Part shown: one piece after another, positions 14,301 to 26,216 of the stretch
Layout: each line of letters opens with the position of its first letter
Numbering within the stretch: position 1 is the stretch's first letter
Assembly (NCBI GenBank): GCA_030770535.1
Contig: JASVEC010000013.1
Location: 310,001 to 374,000 of the forward strand
DNA: 64,000 nucleotides
Reading direction: 5' to 3'
Source of the DNA: Batkoa obscura
Taxonomy: Eukaryota
Made by a program: the position numbers and the translations under genes
Notes under the pieces: model-generated
The model's input: the letters and a program-made list of their open reading frames with translations, nothing else
Database searches by the model: none
Told to the model about the DNA's origin: nothing

Positions 14301-14999
14301 ACTTTCAGTTACTAAATTCGTCTGCTTCTTATTAACTATCAAAAAACCTGATATGAACCCAGATATTGTTTTATCTTTCTTTGCCAGAGTTGATCCAGGG
14401 TACTTAATATTATAACTTAAACTACTTAATACTAATTTTCTTAGAGCCTTTGCTAAATTACTTAGAGAGTATGTTATTCCAAAATTGAGTCAAGTAAGGT
14501 ATACTGATCGTGTCCTTGTTGTAAATGGATTTACTATTTTATTAACCGAATGTCCAACATTTTTGAGTATTGACCAAACTTATGGCCTTTGGTATGTATT
14601 ATAATTTAAATAGTTATTTTTGCTAATAATTGCCTAGGATTAATCTACTCGAAAATATCACCTTACTTGTTTCAAAGCCCATTAATGAAATTGATACCAC
14701 TCAAGATATTGAAGCATATGATATTAACGAAACTGAATTCCAAAATGCCTTTGTTAAACTTGCTTCTTCTTCCACTAAAAAAGCAAACCCAGCAACTGCA
14801 TATGGACCACCAGAAATTTTCCTTGTCAACTCATTGAAAGAAGCAAATAGCAGAAGTGGGGGAGTGGTAAGTTATTAGTTTGTTAAAAAAAGAAACTTAC
14901 TAAAATTATTAGATATCCCAGCTATTGAATAGATTATCACCTCAGGCTAGCGTTAGTTTGGAAAAACTTTATACAGCCTCTGCAAATGGAGGAAATTGA
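11303..14999 (+). CDS. CSE1: Exportin-2 / importin-alpha re-exporter Cse1 (about 17 short introns)
   Basis: RKQAE..L, FAAAIYIKN..RREW, EALEDEPIGYVRREIDGSSIDSRRHAS, NNWRDKDTA, VYTFAAICIERIL, VAENEFIMRAVMR, ISKNPSNPKFNHYLFE, EFFPY..QI, WESKGNVPALV and FQNAFVKLA are all Cse1/CAS motifs. ATG 11303, TGA 14997-14999. Confidence 0.93.
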
Positions 15000-15905
15000 A
15001 CTAAAAAGTTAAGCTGTAAAGAATAGTTTAATAAATTTTTTCGATATAGATAGTATATCAATTCACTTTATCGTTTTAGTTTACTAGTTTAGTTGTCAAA
15101 ATGGATTTGTGATAAATTTAAGCTAGTATTTACCATTTTAAATGTTTTAGTATATAAAGTTTAATTTTGATCTGCTTAATTTTGTCAGCCTAGATTACTT
15201 TTTTTTAAAAACTCAATGTCAGTGATATCGTGTTTTTATTTTTATGAAAGAAAATTAAGATTAACCCTGGGAAAATCGTAGGAAGATTGGTCTTTGGGCC
15301 TTAGGTTAAGGGCCGTTGAAAAAGGTAAGGAGAAACGTTTTGTGATCAAGACTTAGATTGCTTTTTATTTAACGCTTTTTATATGAATCATTAGTTAGCA
15401 TACTAAAGTTATGTAGAGTCTTACTGTTATGAAGTAATCTTGTAAATGAACTCTAAAAAGTAAAATAGCGAATAATTTCAAGCTAAAACAGGAGTTGATT
15501 AGCCTATAACCTATTAAACTATACCATTGCAGCTAATATAAATATATTATAAAAAAATTATAACCATTATTTTAATCAGATAAAACAAATTGGTGGTTAC
15601 AAAATTTGAGGTTCTGATGGCATTTAAAATGACTGGCATAAAAAGAACATTATAATAAGTAAAAGCAGAAACACCAAATTAAACAAATATTTTTATATAC
15701 AATCTAGACTTGTAATGAAAGGTAAAAAGTGAAACAACATTGAATGATATAGCAATCAAAAGACATTTCATAAGAGAGTTATAGACAATTACAGTAAATA
15801 ATGATTATTATGTTACAGTATTATAATAATATAAATGAAATATTAGTTAATATTAAATTAAACTGTTAATTAATTTTATATTTAAAAAACTTTTTTGGGC
15901 AAAGC

Positions 15906-16011
15906 ATATGGGGATGTATCTTTTGTTTAAGAATTTTACTAACAATCTTTCCGCTCAAATAGCGCTTAAAAAATGGAAAAAGTAATGAAACCAAAAAAAA
16001 CATCCCCATAT
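15906..16011 (-). mobile_element. MITE family A copy (near-consensus)
   Basis: ATATGGGGATGT...ACATCCCCATAT terminal inverted repeats. Confidence 0.85.
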
Positions 16012-16198
16012 TAAAGTATTTGAGCTAAAAAATAAAGCACTCTAAATAAACCTCAAGAGGCTCGTTTCTTGAATATAAAAAAACAAATTATCAAACATAA
16101 TGAAAATTTCTAACTTATATCGTATACAATATTTTTATTATTAATTGCGTATGGTAAAAATTAAATATATATATATAATATTTGTAGATTAAATACAA

Positions 16199-16270
16199 AG
16201 CATCTTGGCGCAGAGGAAGCGCGCGGGGCTCATAACCCCGAGGTCGAAGGATCGAAACCTTCAGATGCTA
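16199..16270 (+). tRNA. tRNA-iMet (initiator, anticodon CAT), identical to the copy at 2972-3043
   Basis: Same 72-nt sequence as the minus-strand copy, followed by a T-run Pol III terminator. Confidence 0.95.
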
Positions 16271-16382
16271 TTTTTAAATTTCCTTCATTAGATATTATAA
16301 TAGAAATTAAAATACTTTTATTATGATAAACAATAATAATTAAAACAAGACAATTAGTGAACACATTAATGCTATACAAAAC

Positions 16383-17405
16383 TTAAGGCTGTCTAAAGTA
16401 AGGAAATTTATGTACCTTTTTGTTATTATTTGGAAATATGAAAGGTGTTAATCTAGTCAACTGACGACGAGATGGTTCATGTACCAAAAGTACAAATAAT
16501 GGATTGATGATGCCAACAAATGAAATCAATATATGAGTGCAAGTCACTAAATTCGAGTTAATTGGCTCAGGTTTTAACGCTATCTTTAATGAAAGTATTG
16601 AGTTGGGTAATATACATACTATATAGGCAATAACTATAGTTAATAGCTTTATAGTAGTAGAAGTACGAATTTTTCTAATTTGTTTACTAGTATGTTGATC
16701 ACATTTAAAGTCAGAGCTCTGAATTGATTGGACATCGTGTATGGCATCATTATAAGGAATTTGAAGATTTCGTTGCTGGTAAACTGTCGTAGTATCATAG
16801 AAGTTAATTGAGATATCCTTATTATATTTTAAAGTTATATTTAAATAACAAAATACAATAATCAATATATCGAATATAAATCTAGCCATAAAGAAAGAAT
16901 ATAAAAATTTAGCATAATCTAAATTATGTGCTGATGGTTTAGGCAACGGTAAACAAATTAATTTTGAGGCCGACCATGAAAAGGGATCATTATACTTAAA
17001 CGCATATGATGGTGCTGTGACTGAAATTGAAAAAGACAAGAATGAGATTAAGACCCAGAATAAGGTCGGAGGCTTATGTTTAGTACAAATGGTAAAATAT
17101 CTCATCAAACTTAATATAGCGACTAATTCAAACGAAGTTTCCAATGTTATTAGTGTCAAGGTAGAATCCCAACCGCACCACCAAGTTGGAAGCAATTTTA
17201 AATTTTGACCAAACCAAGTTATTAAGGATATCCTTATTACTGAATTTATAAAAAACAAACAATCAAGGATTCCGATTACAAGTATCAATTTCAAATCTAT
17301 GCCCTTTAACTTCAGTTTTATAATAATTATATAAAACATTATGCAGTTAATTATAATACCTATCAAATCTTGTATCAACATAAAAATTTCTCCAGCATCA
17401 ACCAT
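16383..17405 (-). CDS. Class A (rhodopsin-like) 7TM receptor, subfamily I
   Basis: Seven hydrophobic segments; TM1 GIIIN, TM2 LD, WWC at TM3 start, MRY at the DRY position, ECL2 KLICLP, TM6 CILP, TM7 INPLF. The ATG (MVDAGE) at 17405 aligns with the paralog starts. Intronless. Confidence 0.8.
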   Translation of the reverse strand: MVDAGEIFMLIQDLIGIIINCIMFYIIIIKLKLKGIDLKLILVIGILDCLFFINSVIRISLITWFGQNLKLLPTWWCGWDSTLTLITLETSFELVAILSLMRYFTICTKHKPPTLFWVLISFLSFSISVTAPSYAFKYNDPFSWSASKLICLPLPKPSAHNLDYAKFLYSFFMARFIFDILIIVFCYLNITLKYNKDISINFYDTTTVYQQRNLQIPYNDAIHDVQSIQSSDFKCDQHTSKQIRKIRTSTTIKLLTIVIAYIVCILPNSILSLKIALKPEPINSNLVTCTHILISFVGIINPLFVLLVHEPSRRQLTRLTPFIFPNNNKKVHKFPYFRQP

Positions 17406-17740
17406 TTTATAATAAATAAGAATCAAGTAAATTAAAATTTTGGATTTAGATTCGTGATATTGTAATTTTATATACTTTTTAGATATTATATGCATTGCTT
17501 TTGAGATCGACTTAAAGACTTCGTTCAACTACTTAATGTAGTAAAATTTCAAACATATTATGATTATGTCTTACTTCTTGAAAGGCTGACGCCTCAAGTT
17601 CAAACGTTTATGCCTAAAATTAATTATTTCATCAGAATATTTGTTTATTGTCTATTATTTATGAATTAGTTTTACAAGTTATTAATCATACATTTAGTAA
17701 GACACATTAAAATTATCTTTTTTAAATTTAAAGTTTTATT

Positions 17741-17839
17741 GTATGAGGATGTCTTTTTTATTTATGAAATTTACTAACATTTTCGCCTCAATAGGGTTCA
17801 AAAATGGAAAAGTGGTAATACTAAAAAAGATGATCTTAT
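17741..17839 (-). mobile_element. MITE family A copy (diverged)
   Basis: GTATGAGGATGT...AATTTACTAACA...AAAAATGGAAAAGT. Confidence 0.6.
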
Positions 17840-18485
17840 GGTTTTTTCAGGAGTTTTTGTAGTTTCAGGTTTGAAAAGCTAATGAACACATTAGTTACAG
17901 TGGTAATTTTTAGCCAACTGTTGATTTTTCAATTAAGGTTTATTTTGTCTAAAAAAAATTGCAGTAAATATTTTTATCTATTGCAGTTCTATATCCTTAG
18001 GCTCGCCCTCATCCAAAAAAGCTTCAGGAACCTTCGAAATAGCCTTATAACACTATATTGGATTTTCTACACAGTTGATAAAGATTGATACTAGATGTTT
18101 TATGTAAATTAAAGCGTCTAGTTTTTATTAAAAGTTTATCAAATGATTATTTTCAAAAATTTCTTAAATATTTTTTGAGGCAACCCAGCAAGTTTGAAAA
18201 ACCTGTAAGATAAATTTTAATAAGAATATAAAAAGTATTATCTGAGCTCAAAGACTAATGCAAATAATGTCAAAATTTTAAACAATCAATTATTTAGCAA
18301 ATTAATACTAAGTATTGATGTTTTGATTTACGCAAGCATCTATAATTGAGCTCTAGTGATTGTAAAGATGGGATGTTTTAATATGATTTTTTATATATTC
18401 TTGAAAGGAAATATTTTAAAGTAATTAAAAATAAAAATAAACTTTTTAGCTATAAGAGTATTTCTAAAGTAATCTCCCTTTTTTT

Positions 18486-18588
18486 TGGGGATGTGTTTTT
18501 TGTTTAAGAATTTTACTGATAGCTTTTCCACTTAAAGAGCACTTAAAAAATGGAAAAAGTAATGAAATCAAAAAAAACACTCCCATAT
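18486..18588 (-). mobile_element. MITE family A copy
   Basis: TGGGGATGT...ACACTCCCATAT. Confidence 0.8.
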
Positions 18589-18867
18589 GAAAATTGGATT
18601 TTTTTGTTTTATTTTTTTCTCCATCTTTATATTTAGTAAAACTCAAATGCTACAGTAAAAAGACATTACCATATTAGTTGTTTTTAAACAAAAGAGCAAC
18701 TATCTTAATGGTATTTTTACTCAATTTATAATTTTTCAAGGAATCAGAACCGGAAAATTGAACCTTGGGTATACTAACTCAAGTAACAAGTTTTATTTAA
18801 TTTATTGCCTTTTCAAAAATGTTCTTATGCATAAATACAAGCCATTTTATTTTATGCAGGGAATTAT

Positions 18868-19185
18868 TAGAACAAAATCCGTTTAGTTGAGGGACAGACT
18901 CATTAAATTTAAGCATTTTTTTATTCGATTGAGCACCATGAGATCATTACAAAATTGTTAGCACTTAAATTTCATTTTTCTTATAAATTGCTAATATGAA
19001 ATATTTAAAAAAAGTTAAAAGATGTCCAGTTTTAAAATGAGCACTGTTTTGGAACTTGCTCCAATTATAAGAAAAAATTGAAATTTAAATGCTAACAATT
19101 TTGTAATGATCTCATGGTGCTCAATCGAATAAAAAAATGCTTAAATTTAATGAGTCTGTCCCTCAACTAAACGGATTTTGTTCTA
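18868..19185. repeat. 318-bp foldback: 96-bp perfect inverted arms extending imperfectly to ~118 bp
   Basis: 18868..18963 (TAGAACAAAATCCGTTTAGTTGAGGG...GTTAGCA) is the exact reverse complement of 19090..19185; TA at both ends. Confidence 0.9.
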
Positions 19186-19641
19186 GTTGGTATTCTATTT
19201 TAATCATTGATCATTGAAAAACTACAGCGCTATTTCTAAAGTAAGCTCCTTTTTATGATCAAAAATAATAAGAAGGATGTTGGTTGCGACAGGAGGTGTT
19301 TTTTATGTTTAAAAATGAAATATTTTTCACATGAAAGTTCATGTGTAGCAATTCTACATCCTTACCGTTAACATATTTGCCCAAAAAGGAAAATTATTTT
19401 ATAGATAACATTATAAATTGTGTACAATTATTAGTCAAAACCCAATAGTTTTGGAGATATAATACATAATATTACTAACAGAGAATAAAGTTTATAAAAA
19501 TTTGTGAGATCTCTTTCAAATCAATATATTTTCTGGATCAAACCCTCGGTAATGCTTATTAAGATTGTATATCCGGTAGGTCCTTTTATGAAAAAAATAA
19601 TTAATTTATAAAATATAACGCAACCCCCCTTAAAAATCAAT

Positions 19642-19745
19642 ATATGGAAGTGTTTTTTTGGCTTCATCACTTTTTCCATTTTTTAAGCGCTATTTGAGTG
19701 GAAAGATTGTTAGTAAAATTCTTAAACAAAAGAATATATCCCTAT
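19642..19745 (+). mobile_element. MITE family A copy; absent from the paralogous promoter at ~33171-33200
   Basis: Consensus match; both flanks align to the contiguous reverse complement of 33121..33280. Confidence 0.85.
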
Positions 19746-20108
19746 TTATTAAAATTACTTTATTAAAGGTAGTAATACATTTGTTAGTAAACAATGATAA
19801 CATACATACCTTGTTAAATAAGAAAAATGAAAAAAATTTAAAACTTGGGTTATAAGTTTTATAATACTTAGTTCTAGTTAGAAACAAGCTTTAATATATT
19901 TTTATTCCTTTTTATTTAATCTCATTTGCTATTTATAGATCTTCGATTACTATTTTCTTTACCTTAATTTTATTGTACTATTATTGTAGTGAATAAAACA
20001 TGGTTACTAGTTAAAATGATAGTACTAAGATTAGATAAATACCTATATTAAAGACTTTTATTTTTTATTTCCATGATTTTTTTTCAATTTGATAATCTAA
20101 TATAAAAG

Positions 20109-21122
20109 ATGGGATACGCAGGAGAAATAGTTTTGTTAATTCAAGCTTTGATAGGTATAATGATAAATTGCTTAATGTTTTACATAATTATCATCAAACT
20201 GAGGTTAAAAGGCACAGATTTAAAATTAATATTAGTGATTGGGATTCTTGATTGTTTATTTTATATAAATTCAGTTATAAGAATATCACTAATGATGAGC
20301 TTCAATCAAGATACAACTTTATTTCCCAATTGGTGGTGCGCGAATGACACCAGTATAACAATAATAACAATGGAATCTTCCCTAGAACTGGTAGCTATTT
20401 TAGGCTTAATGAGATATTTTACTATTTGTAGAAAGTATGAGATATCCAATTTATTTTGGTATATTATGTCTTCATTATCAATTTTATTATCTTTAGGGAC
20501 AACGCTATTTAATTTATATTATAAAGATCCTTATTTTTGGTCTCCATCTAAGCTCATATGTTTACCTTTCCCTAAACCAACATCGAATAATGGAACTTAT
20601 GTTAAATTCACATACATTTTATTTATGGCCAGATTTCTAGTTAGTTTAGTTATCATTGTATTTTGTTATTTTAATTTAAATTTAGCTTATAATAAATATT
20701 TATCGTTAAAAATCAAAAATGGGGATTCAAAACATGCTTTAACAGAAGGATTGGTAATTTCTGATGGGGCTGATTCACTAACGAAAGGAAACCTTTACTT
20801 TGAAGATAATAACACAGATGCTAAAATAGCAAGAATCAAGTTTTGGACAACATTAAAGCTAACCAGTATGATTTTAGCTTATATAGTATGTATTTTACCA
20901 AATGCAACAGTATCATTATCATTAGCTTTAAATCCGAGAAATATTGATCCAGATATAACAACATTTAGTCATGTACTTAATTCATTTAGTGGCATTATAA
21001 ACGCATTATTTGTTTTATTAATTCATGATCCAACACGTAAGCAAGTGGATAAAGTGTTGTCAAAATTTAGCTTCAAATCAAAGACAAATGGTCTACAATC
21101 CGCTTTTCCATATAGTTCTTGA
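20109..21122 (+). CDS. Class A-like 7TM receptor, subfamily I
   Basis: 337 aa; same motifs (WWC, MRY, KLICLP, CILP, INALF). Close paralog of 31720..32733. Confidence 0.82.
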   Translation: MGYAGEIVLLIQALIGIMINCLMFYIIIIKLRLKGTDLKLILVIGILDCLFYINSVIRISLMMSFNQDTTLFPNWWCANDTSITIITMESSLELVAILGLMRYFTICRKYEISNLFWYIMSSLSILLSLGTTLFNLYYKDPYFWSPSKLICLPFPKPTSNNGTYVKFTYILFMARFLVSLVIIVFCYFNLNLAYNKYLSLKIKNGDSKHALTEGLVISDGADSLTKGNLYFEDNNTDAKIARIKFWTTLKLTSMILAYIVCILPNATVSLSLALNPRNIDPDITTFSHVLNSFSGIINALFVLLIHDPTRKQVDKVLSKFSFKSKTNGLQSAFPYSS

Positions 21123-22002
21123 TTTTTTTAATAAATTATGTCTAATTTCATCTTACAGTTTTATTGATTTTTTCTTTATGAACTTCTTTTTTGAAGGGCA
21201 ATGAATTGGGGTTAAAACCTTTCCATATCAACTTTTAATTTTTATACCAGGCTATTAGTCATGATTTTTCGCATCCTTAAATAAAATTTATTGATGTAGG
21301 ATAAAGAAAACTAAATAAAGTAATAAATTAAGAAATATATAATAGAATAAGAAACTTCACTTTAGTATTATTTTAACAAGATAGCTTAAAAGATAACATC
21401 AGCCATTTTAAAAATTGTAAATTTAGATGCAATGAAGTGAAGAGGCATTAGTATTCTAGTAGCTTCAATAGATGGATTGTATCTAAAACTAATTTTATTT
21501 TCGAAATTTTAAATTTAAATATACAATAATGTTCCTTGGATATCTGAACCTTACCCTTTCTGAACTTAGGTACTCAATTTCTAAGCTCGCTCACAATAAA
21601 ACCGACACTATACCATCCCTGATTCTTTCCTTTATAGCTGGCTTCAACCGACTCATGATGACTTCTTTCACAAACTTCTATAAACTTCACCCACTCTCTG
21701 ATTTCTTACCACCATAGTGTTTCTTTCCTGATCATTTTATTTTGACTAACAAAAGACAAAGTCCTGAGGCTTTTGAATTAAAACTATATATATAAAAATG
21801 AGCTTAAATAGAATAAGAAACGAATATTTATTAAGTCGATAATTACTGTTGTGGTGTTCTAAAAGCTTTTGGTATAAAACTACTAGTATTCTTCAAAGAT
21901 ACGATGATGGCTCTTGTATAAGAAATAGAAGAGCTAAGAAATTTTTTTAGGAAATTCGTCAGCAATGTACGCAGACATTTTTATATAAATACTACAAAGC
22001 TG

Positions 22003-22108
22003 ATATGGGGATGTATTTTTTTGTTTAAGAATTTTACTAGCAGTTTTTCCACTTAAATAGCGTTTAAAAAATGGAAAAGTAATGAAACCAAAAAAAACAC
22101 CCCCATAT
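22003..22108 (-). mobile_element. MITE family A copy (near-consensus)
   Basis: ATATGGGGATGT...ACACCCCCATAT. Confidence 0.85.
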
Positions 22109-23713
22109 ATTTATTTCTCTTAAAGGTTTATTGTTTAAAACAAGAGCTATTGGATTCTATTAATGATTAAACTTTCTATATTAAGTAGTAAAGCCTTCCT
22201 TAAATAGCCTTTTTTCAACTGCTTTATACCAAAAAACGTTTCAGAAAGGTTTATTATTTTTGATATACTATTTGATATCTTTATAGGAGTAGCAATTAAA
22301 AGTATACTTTATAAAACTTTTGAAGTAGATTTTAAGAAAAACAATCTATATTAGCTGCAGAAAACAAAGTTTTGATACCGATTTACAATTCTTTTTTTCT
22401 TTTGAAAGCTGAAGTCTCAAGTGTTTTATTAGTTAAAATAAAAGTTTAAATAATAAAGTTAATAGACATAGGAAGTAAAACCCTTAAAGAGTACTACCTG
22501 GTAAAATAGGACTTGAGTCCAACGACATACTACCTTTGGAAGAAGTAGACAACCAAAGTGAGATTCCCTTTAATTATGTTCTCCAGATGACTTTCCATAT
22601 AATGAGGTGATATGTATAATCAAAAAGCAGAGATTTTTTACCGATTGAGCTAAATTGTAGAGCTTTCATGTAAGATCTAGAGGTTGTTTGATTCGCGATT
22701 ATTGAAGGATACTATAAAAGTACTTTTTTTCATTACTATTTTAGCTTTTTTACTAATAGTTTGTATTAATAGTTTAAACTTCAAAAACATCTATTATAAA
22801 AAAGCTCCATTTCCGATGTTTTTAAAAGGTAATTAGTATGTCTATCTAAATAGGTATTGAACTTTTATATTTGGTAATTCGAGATGATGAGCATGTTTTC
22901 AATGAAATTAAAATTAAGGTTAATGTTACTTTATTAACAACATTCTTAATTTGTTAAATAGAAGATATGCAAATCATGTTATTTTGTTCTAAGTTGATCT
23001 GTTATTTCTATGTAAACTTTCAGTTCTACATATATCAAATAACAAGCGAGAGTTATTAGCGTAGAGCATTGAAATGATAGAACTCATCTTAACATAAAGG
23101 AAAGAGTCAATCTCAGAGTTAATTTAAATATTAAAATATTAAAAATACAATAAGCAAAACTAAAACTATGAAATTTATTAAGGATTAAATTGGTTGTAAA
23201 AATAAGGGGATTTCAAATACTATTGTTCCAGTTCAAGGTTAAAGTATGAGCGCGATATTATGAGCTTTATTTAATTAATTAGTAAAAGAGGCTTGATGCT
23301 ATCCAATATTTAAGGCAATAAAGTTTTAGTTATGAGCAGTTTTAAGCAATAAAATGATAAGATTTAGAAATTAAAAAAGATCATTTTTAATCATTCAAAA
23401 TGGTTCTTGTTTGGTTTAAAATGAGCTCTAAATAAGGAACTTGTTATTGCCAAAGTTGGTATTCTAAGGATGAACAATCGGATGGGTTAGTTTACAAATG
23501 GGTCAACTTATAGCATATGCTATTCTAGAAAGGGGTAGTAAACAACAGTAACAAGTGAGTTTATGTAATATTGTTATCGTTAAGTTTAGTTCGACGATTT
23601 CTAAAAGTTATTCATTATTTATGTATTTCTATTAATTAATAAAAACTTGAGGTAAATAGCACTATATAACCAGGGAAAAGTAATCTTTTTTATATTCAGT
23701 TCATAAATTTAAG

Positions 23714-24433
23714 ATGACCATTATTTTGTCCAGACCCTTGTTCAACAATATAAAGGATAATTTGGCTCGTGACTCTTCATTATATTCTTTATTAAAAGAT
23801 CATACACAGCTTGTCCCTACAAGCCCTTTGTTGAATTCTTCCTTAACACTTTCTTTTAGTCATCTTTTAAGTCCTTCGTTAAGTCCTTCTACAGGTTCAA
23901 GTAATGCTTCATACTATTACGAAAATTCAAACTGTGGCCTTAATACAACATTCGATATCAATTTTAAAAATTTATTAAACAAAGAAGCCAAGCTAACACA
24001 CAGCAACTTAGACTTAACTCAAATTATTACTAAAGATTACAACCCGATTTCTAATATCAATTTTGAAAATAGCTTTCAATTTTTATATAACTTTGACAAG
24101 GAAGATCTTATTTTAGTAGATTTATTTTTTACACTAGATATAAATAATACCAATCTTATTTTAAATGAAATTGATATTGAATTTTTTAAACAAAATTCCA
24201 TGAATCCAGTATATAACTTTATGCTTTTAACCATCATACTATTTGTGACTGAGAAATATTTTAAACCTGAAAATAATCAAAGAAGGGATCTTTATTCAAA
24301 GTATGTATATGATTTACTTTATTACTTTGGTCAAGCTCACGTCTTAATAAATCTTGGTTGTATCGATAGCTGTTATCTGAATATTTCATATTCAATACTA
24401 AACCTTTATTTTAATGTACTTTCCCTAAATTAG
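23714..24433 (+). CDS. Hypothetical protein, possibly a truncated fungal-specific transcription factor (middle homology) domain
   Basis: 239-aa ORF with a Ser-rich N-terminus, then LVDLFF...ILNEIDIEFF...MLLTIILF..KY...LYSKYVYDLL, loosely similar to Fungal_trans domains. No Zn2Cys6 motif seen. Confidence 0.35.
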   Translation: MTIILSRPLFNNIKDNLARDSSLYSLLKDHTQLVPTSPLLNSSLTLSFSHLLSPSLSPSTGSSNASYYYENSNCGLNTTFDINFKNLLNKEAKLTHSNLDLTQIITKDYNPISNINFENSFQFLYNFDKEDLILVDLFFTLDINNTNLILNEIDIEFFKQNSMNPVYNFMLLTIILFVTEKYFKPENNQRRDLYSKYVYDLLYYFGQAHVLINLGCIDSCYLNISYSILNLYFNVLSLN

Positions 24434-25058
24434 ATGTAAATAAATCCAATGTTAACTGTAATTTCATCTTTTGCTTTTTACGCTTCTATAATTTAGAACT
24501 CTTATTTGAAAGATTTGTTTAATACATAGGTAGACATTGGTTTTAGCCTAACTTTTTAATTTATGTATAAACTCAAAATGAGTAAAATCCACCTTAATAC
24601 AAATATACAGCATTTAAAAACCATAATAATTATTTAATAGCATACTATTAAGATCAATTTAAAAATCATTTATAAAATCGAAAGTTATACAATCAATGAA
24701 CTTTCCTATAACAACCACGAAGCTTGTTAATAGCACTAAAAATTACAAAAGGTTCACTGATCGACCATTAATACATATAATAACTTGTCCGACTAATTTT
24801 ATAAGGAGATTTTAAGGGTTCAACGCTATTTCAAGAATTGAAAAAACTCGATTAATAAAGTAAAATCGAAATGCGTTATAGATGAACAATTACTATTCAT
24901 TTTTACAACGTGTAAATAGTAGCACTTTAACAACTGACTCTATCTACTCTTCTAGCCATCAATACTACTTATTAGTTATAAAAATGAATCGCATTTGACC
25001 TAAAATCAAAATTTACGTTATTTTAATCGATCTAGACTTAAGGTTGATTGTGATTCTA

Positions 25059-25153
25059 ATATGGGGATGTATTTTTTTGTTTATTAATTTTTTTCTCTCA
25101 AATTGCACTTAAAAAACGGAAAAATAATGAAACCAAAAAAAAACACCCCATAT
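25059..25153 (-). mobile_element. MITE family A copy with internal deletion
   Basis: Both TIRs intact; the ACTAACAAT segment is missing. Confidence 0.8.
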
Positions 25154-25423
25154 ATAGTTTTAAGCGCTAGTAATAGATGTATAACATCTTAACATATTGA
25201 GTAAAAATATCAAAGCATAAACAAAACATTCTCAATATCTTATTGATATCTTTGCTAAGAAAAATGAAATATATTAGTCAGTTTTCTAATAATTAAGACC
25301 ACTTTATTTTGGATTTGTATGTAACGTTAGAACTGAATTGGTGTTATTAAACGAAATACTTTAATATATTAATTGCGTCACTCTTTTTTTAGCTGGGTGA
25401 TTATGTTATAAATCAGATAAACC

Positions 25424-25528
25424 ATATGGGGATGTATTTTTTTGCTTAAGAATTTTACTAACAATTTTTCCGCTTAAATAGCGCTCAAAAATGGAAAAAG
25501 TAATGAAACCAAAAAAAACATCGTTATG
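25424..25528 (-). mobile_element. MITE family A copy
   Basis: Consensus match with an eroded right TIR. Confidence 0.8.
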
Positions 25529-25830
25529 TTTATTTTTTAAAATACTATAAAAGAACAGCGCTGGTAATACAATCAAATGATTTTGGAGATTGCAATCACT
25601 TTAATTAATATTTAAAAAAACGAACATTGCTCTATTAAGATTTTAATACCTTTTTTTTTGGAATCTTGAATTATAAATATTAATTATATTACGAATATAG
25701 TTAAAAATAGCTTGTAAAATTAATAATTTTTTTATTTTGCAAATTATAGAATAGATATATATATATATAGTAATAAACAAAACTAAGTTTTTATTGATTA
25801 TTTTCATAAGCTTTTTATTAATATATTAAT

Positions 25831-25970
25831 TATAAATGTTTTTTTTGGTTTTATTACTTTTTCTCATTTTTTAAGCGTTATATGAGTGAAAGTATGAGTG
25901 AAAGTATGAGTGAAAGTATGAGTGAAAAACTGTTAGTAAATTTCTTAAATAAAATAGGACATCCTCAAAT
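25831..25970 (+). mobile_element. MITE family A copy with internal (TATGAGTGAAAG)x4 expansion
   Basis: Consensus match interrupted by a 12-bp tandem repeat at 25881-25928. Confidence 0.75.
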
Positions 25971-26216
25971 CTATATTAAACAAACTTTATCAATTTGCGA
26001 TTTTATTAGAATTCTGATTTAATATAAATACTTATTCTAATAAAAGATACTTTATAGTTAAAATAGATTACAAAACCCAAATCAACTTGTCATTTCTATT
26101 AAAAAGGGACTTAAGATATATTATTATCTATTTTTAAGATAATCAATTTTATTATAAAAAACGAGTTCTTTCCTCTTGTTTATATCTCCTTTACTTTTTT
26201 CTTTATCCAATCTGTT

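Noticed and set aside
2746..16270. MITE copies near both tRNA-iMet genes as tRNA-targeted insertion or a SINE
   Set aside because: At about one copy per 3 kb proximity is expected by chance. One copy is downstream and one upstream, there is none by tRNA-Arg, and the element has TIRs rather than A/B boxes.
17406..17528. 41-aa N-terminal extension of the first receptor ORF
   Set aside because: Starts at TTG; the paralogs begin at the ATG equivalent to 17405.
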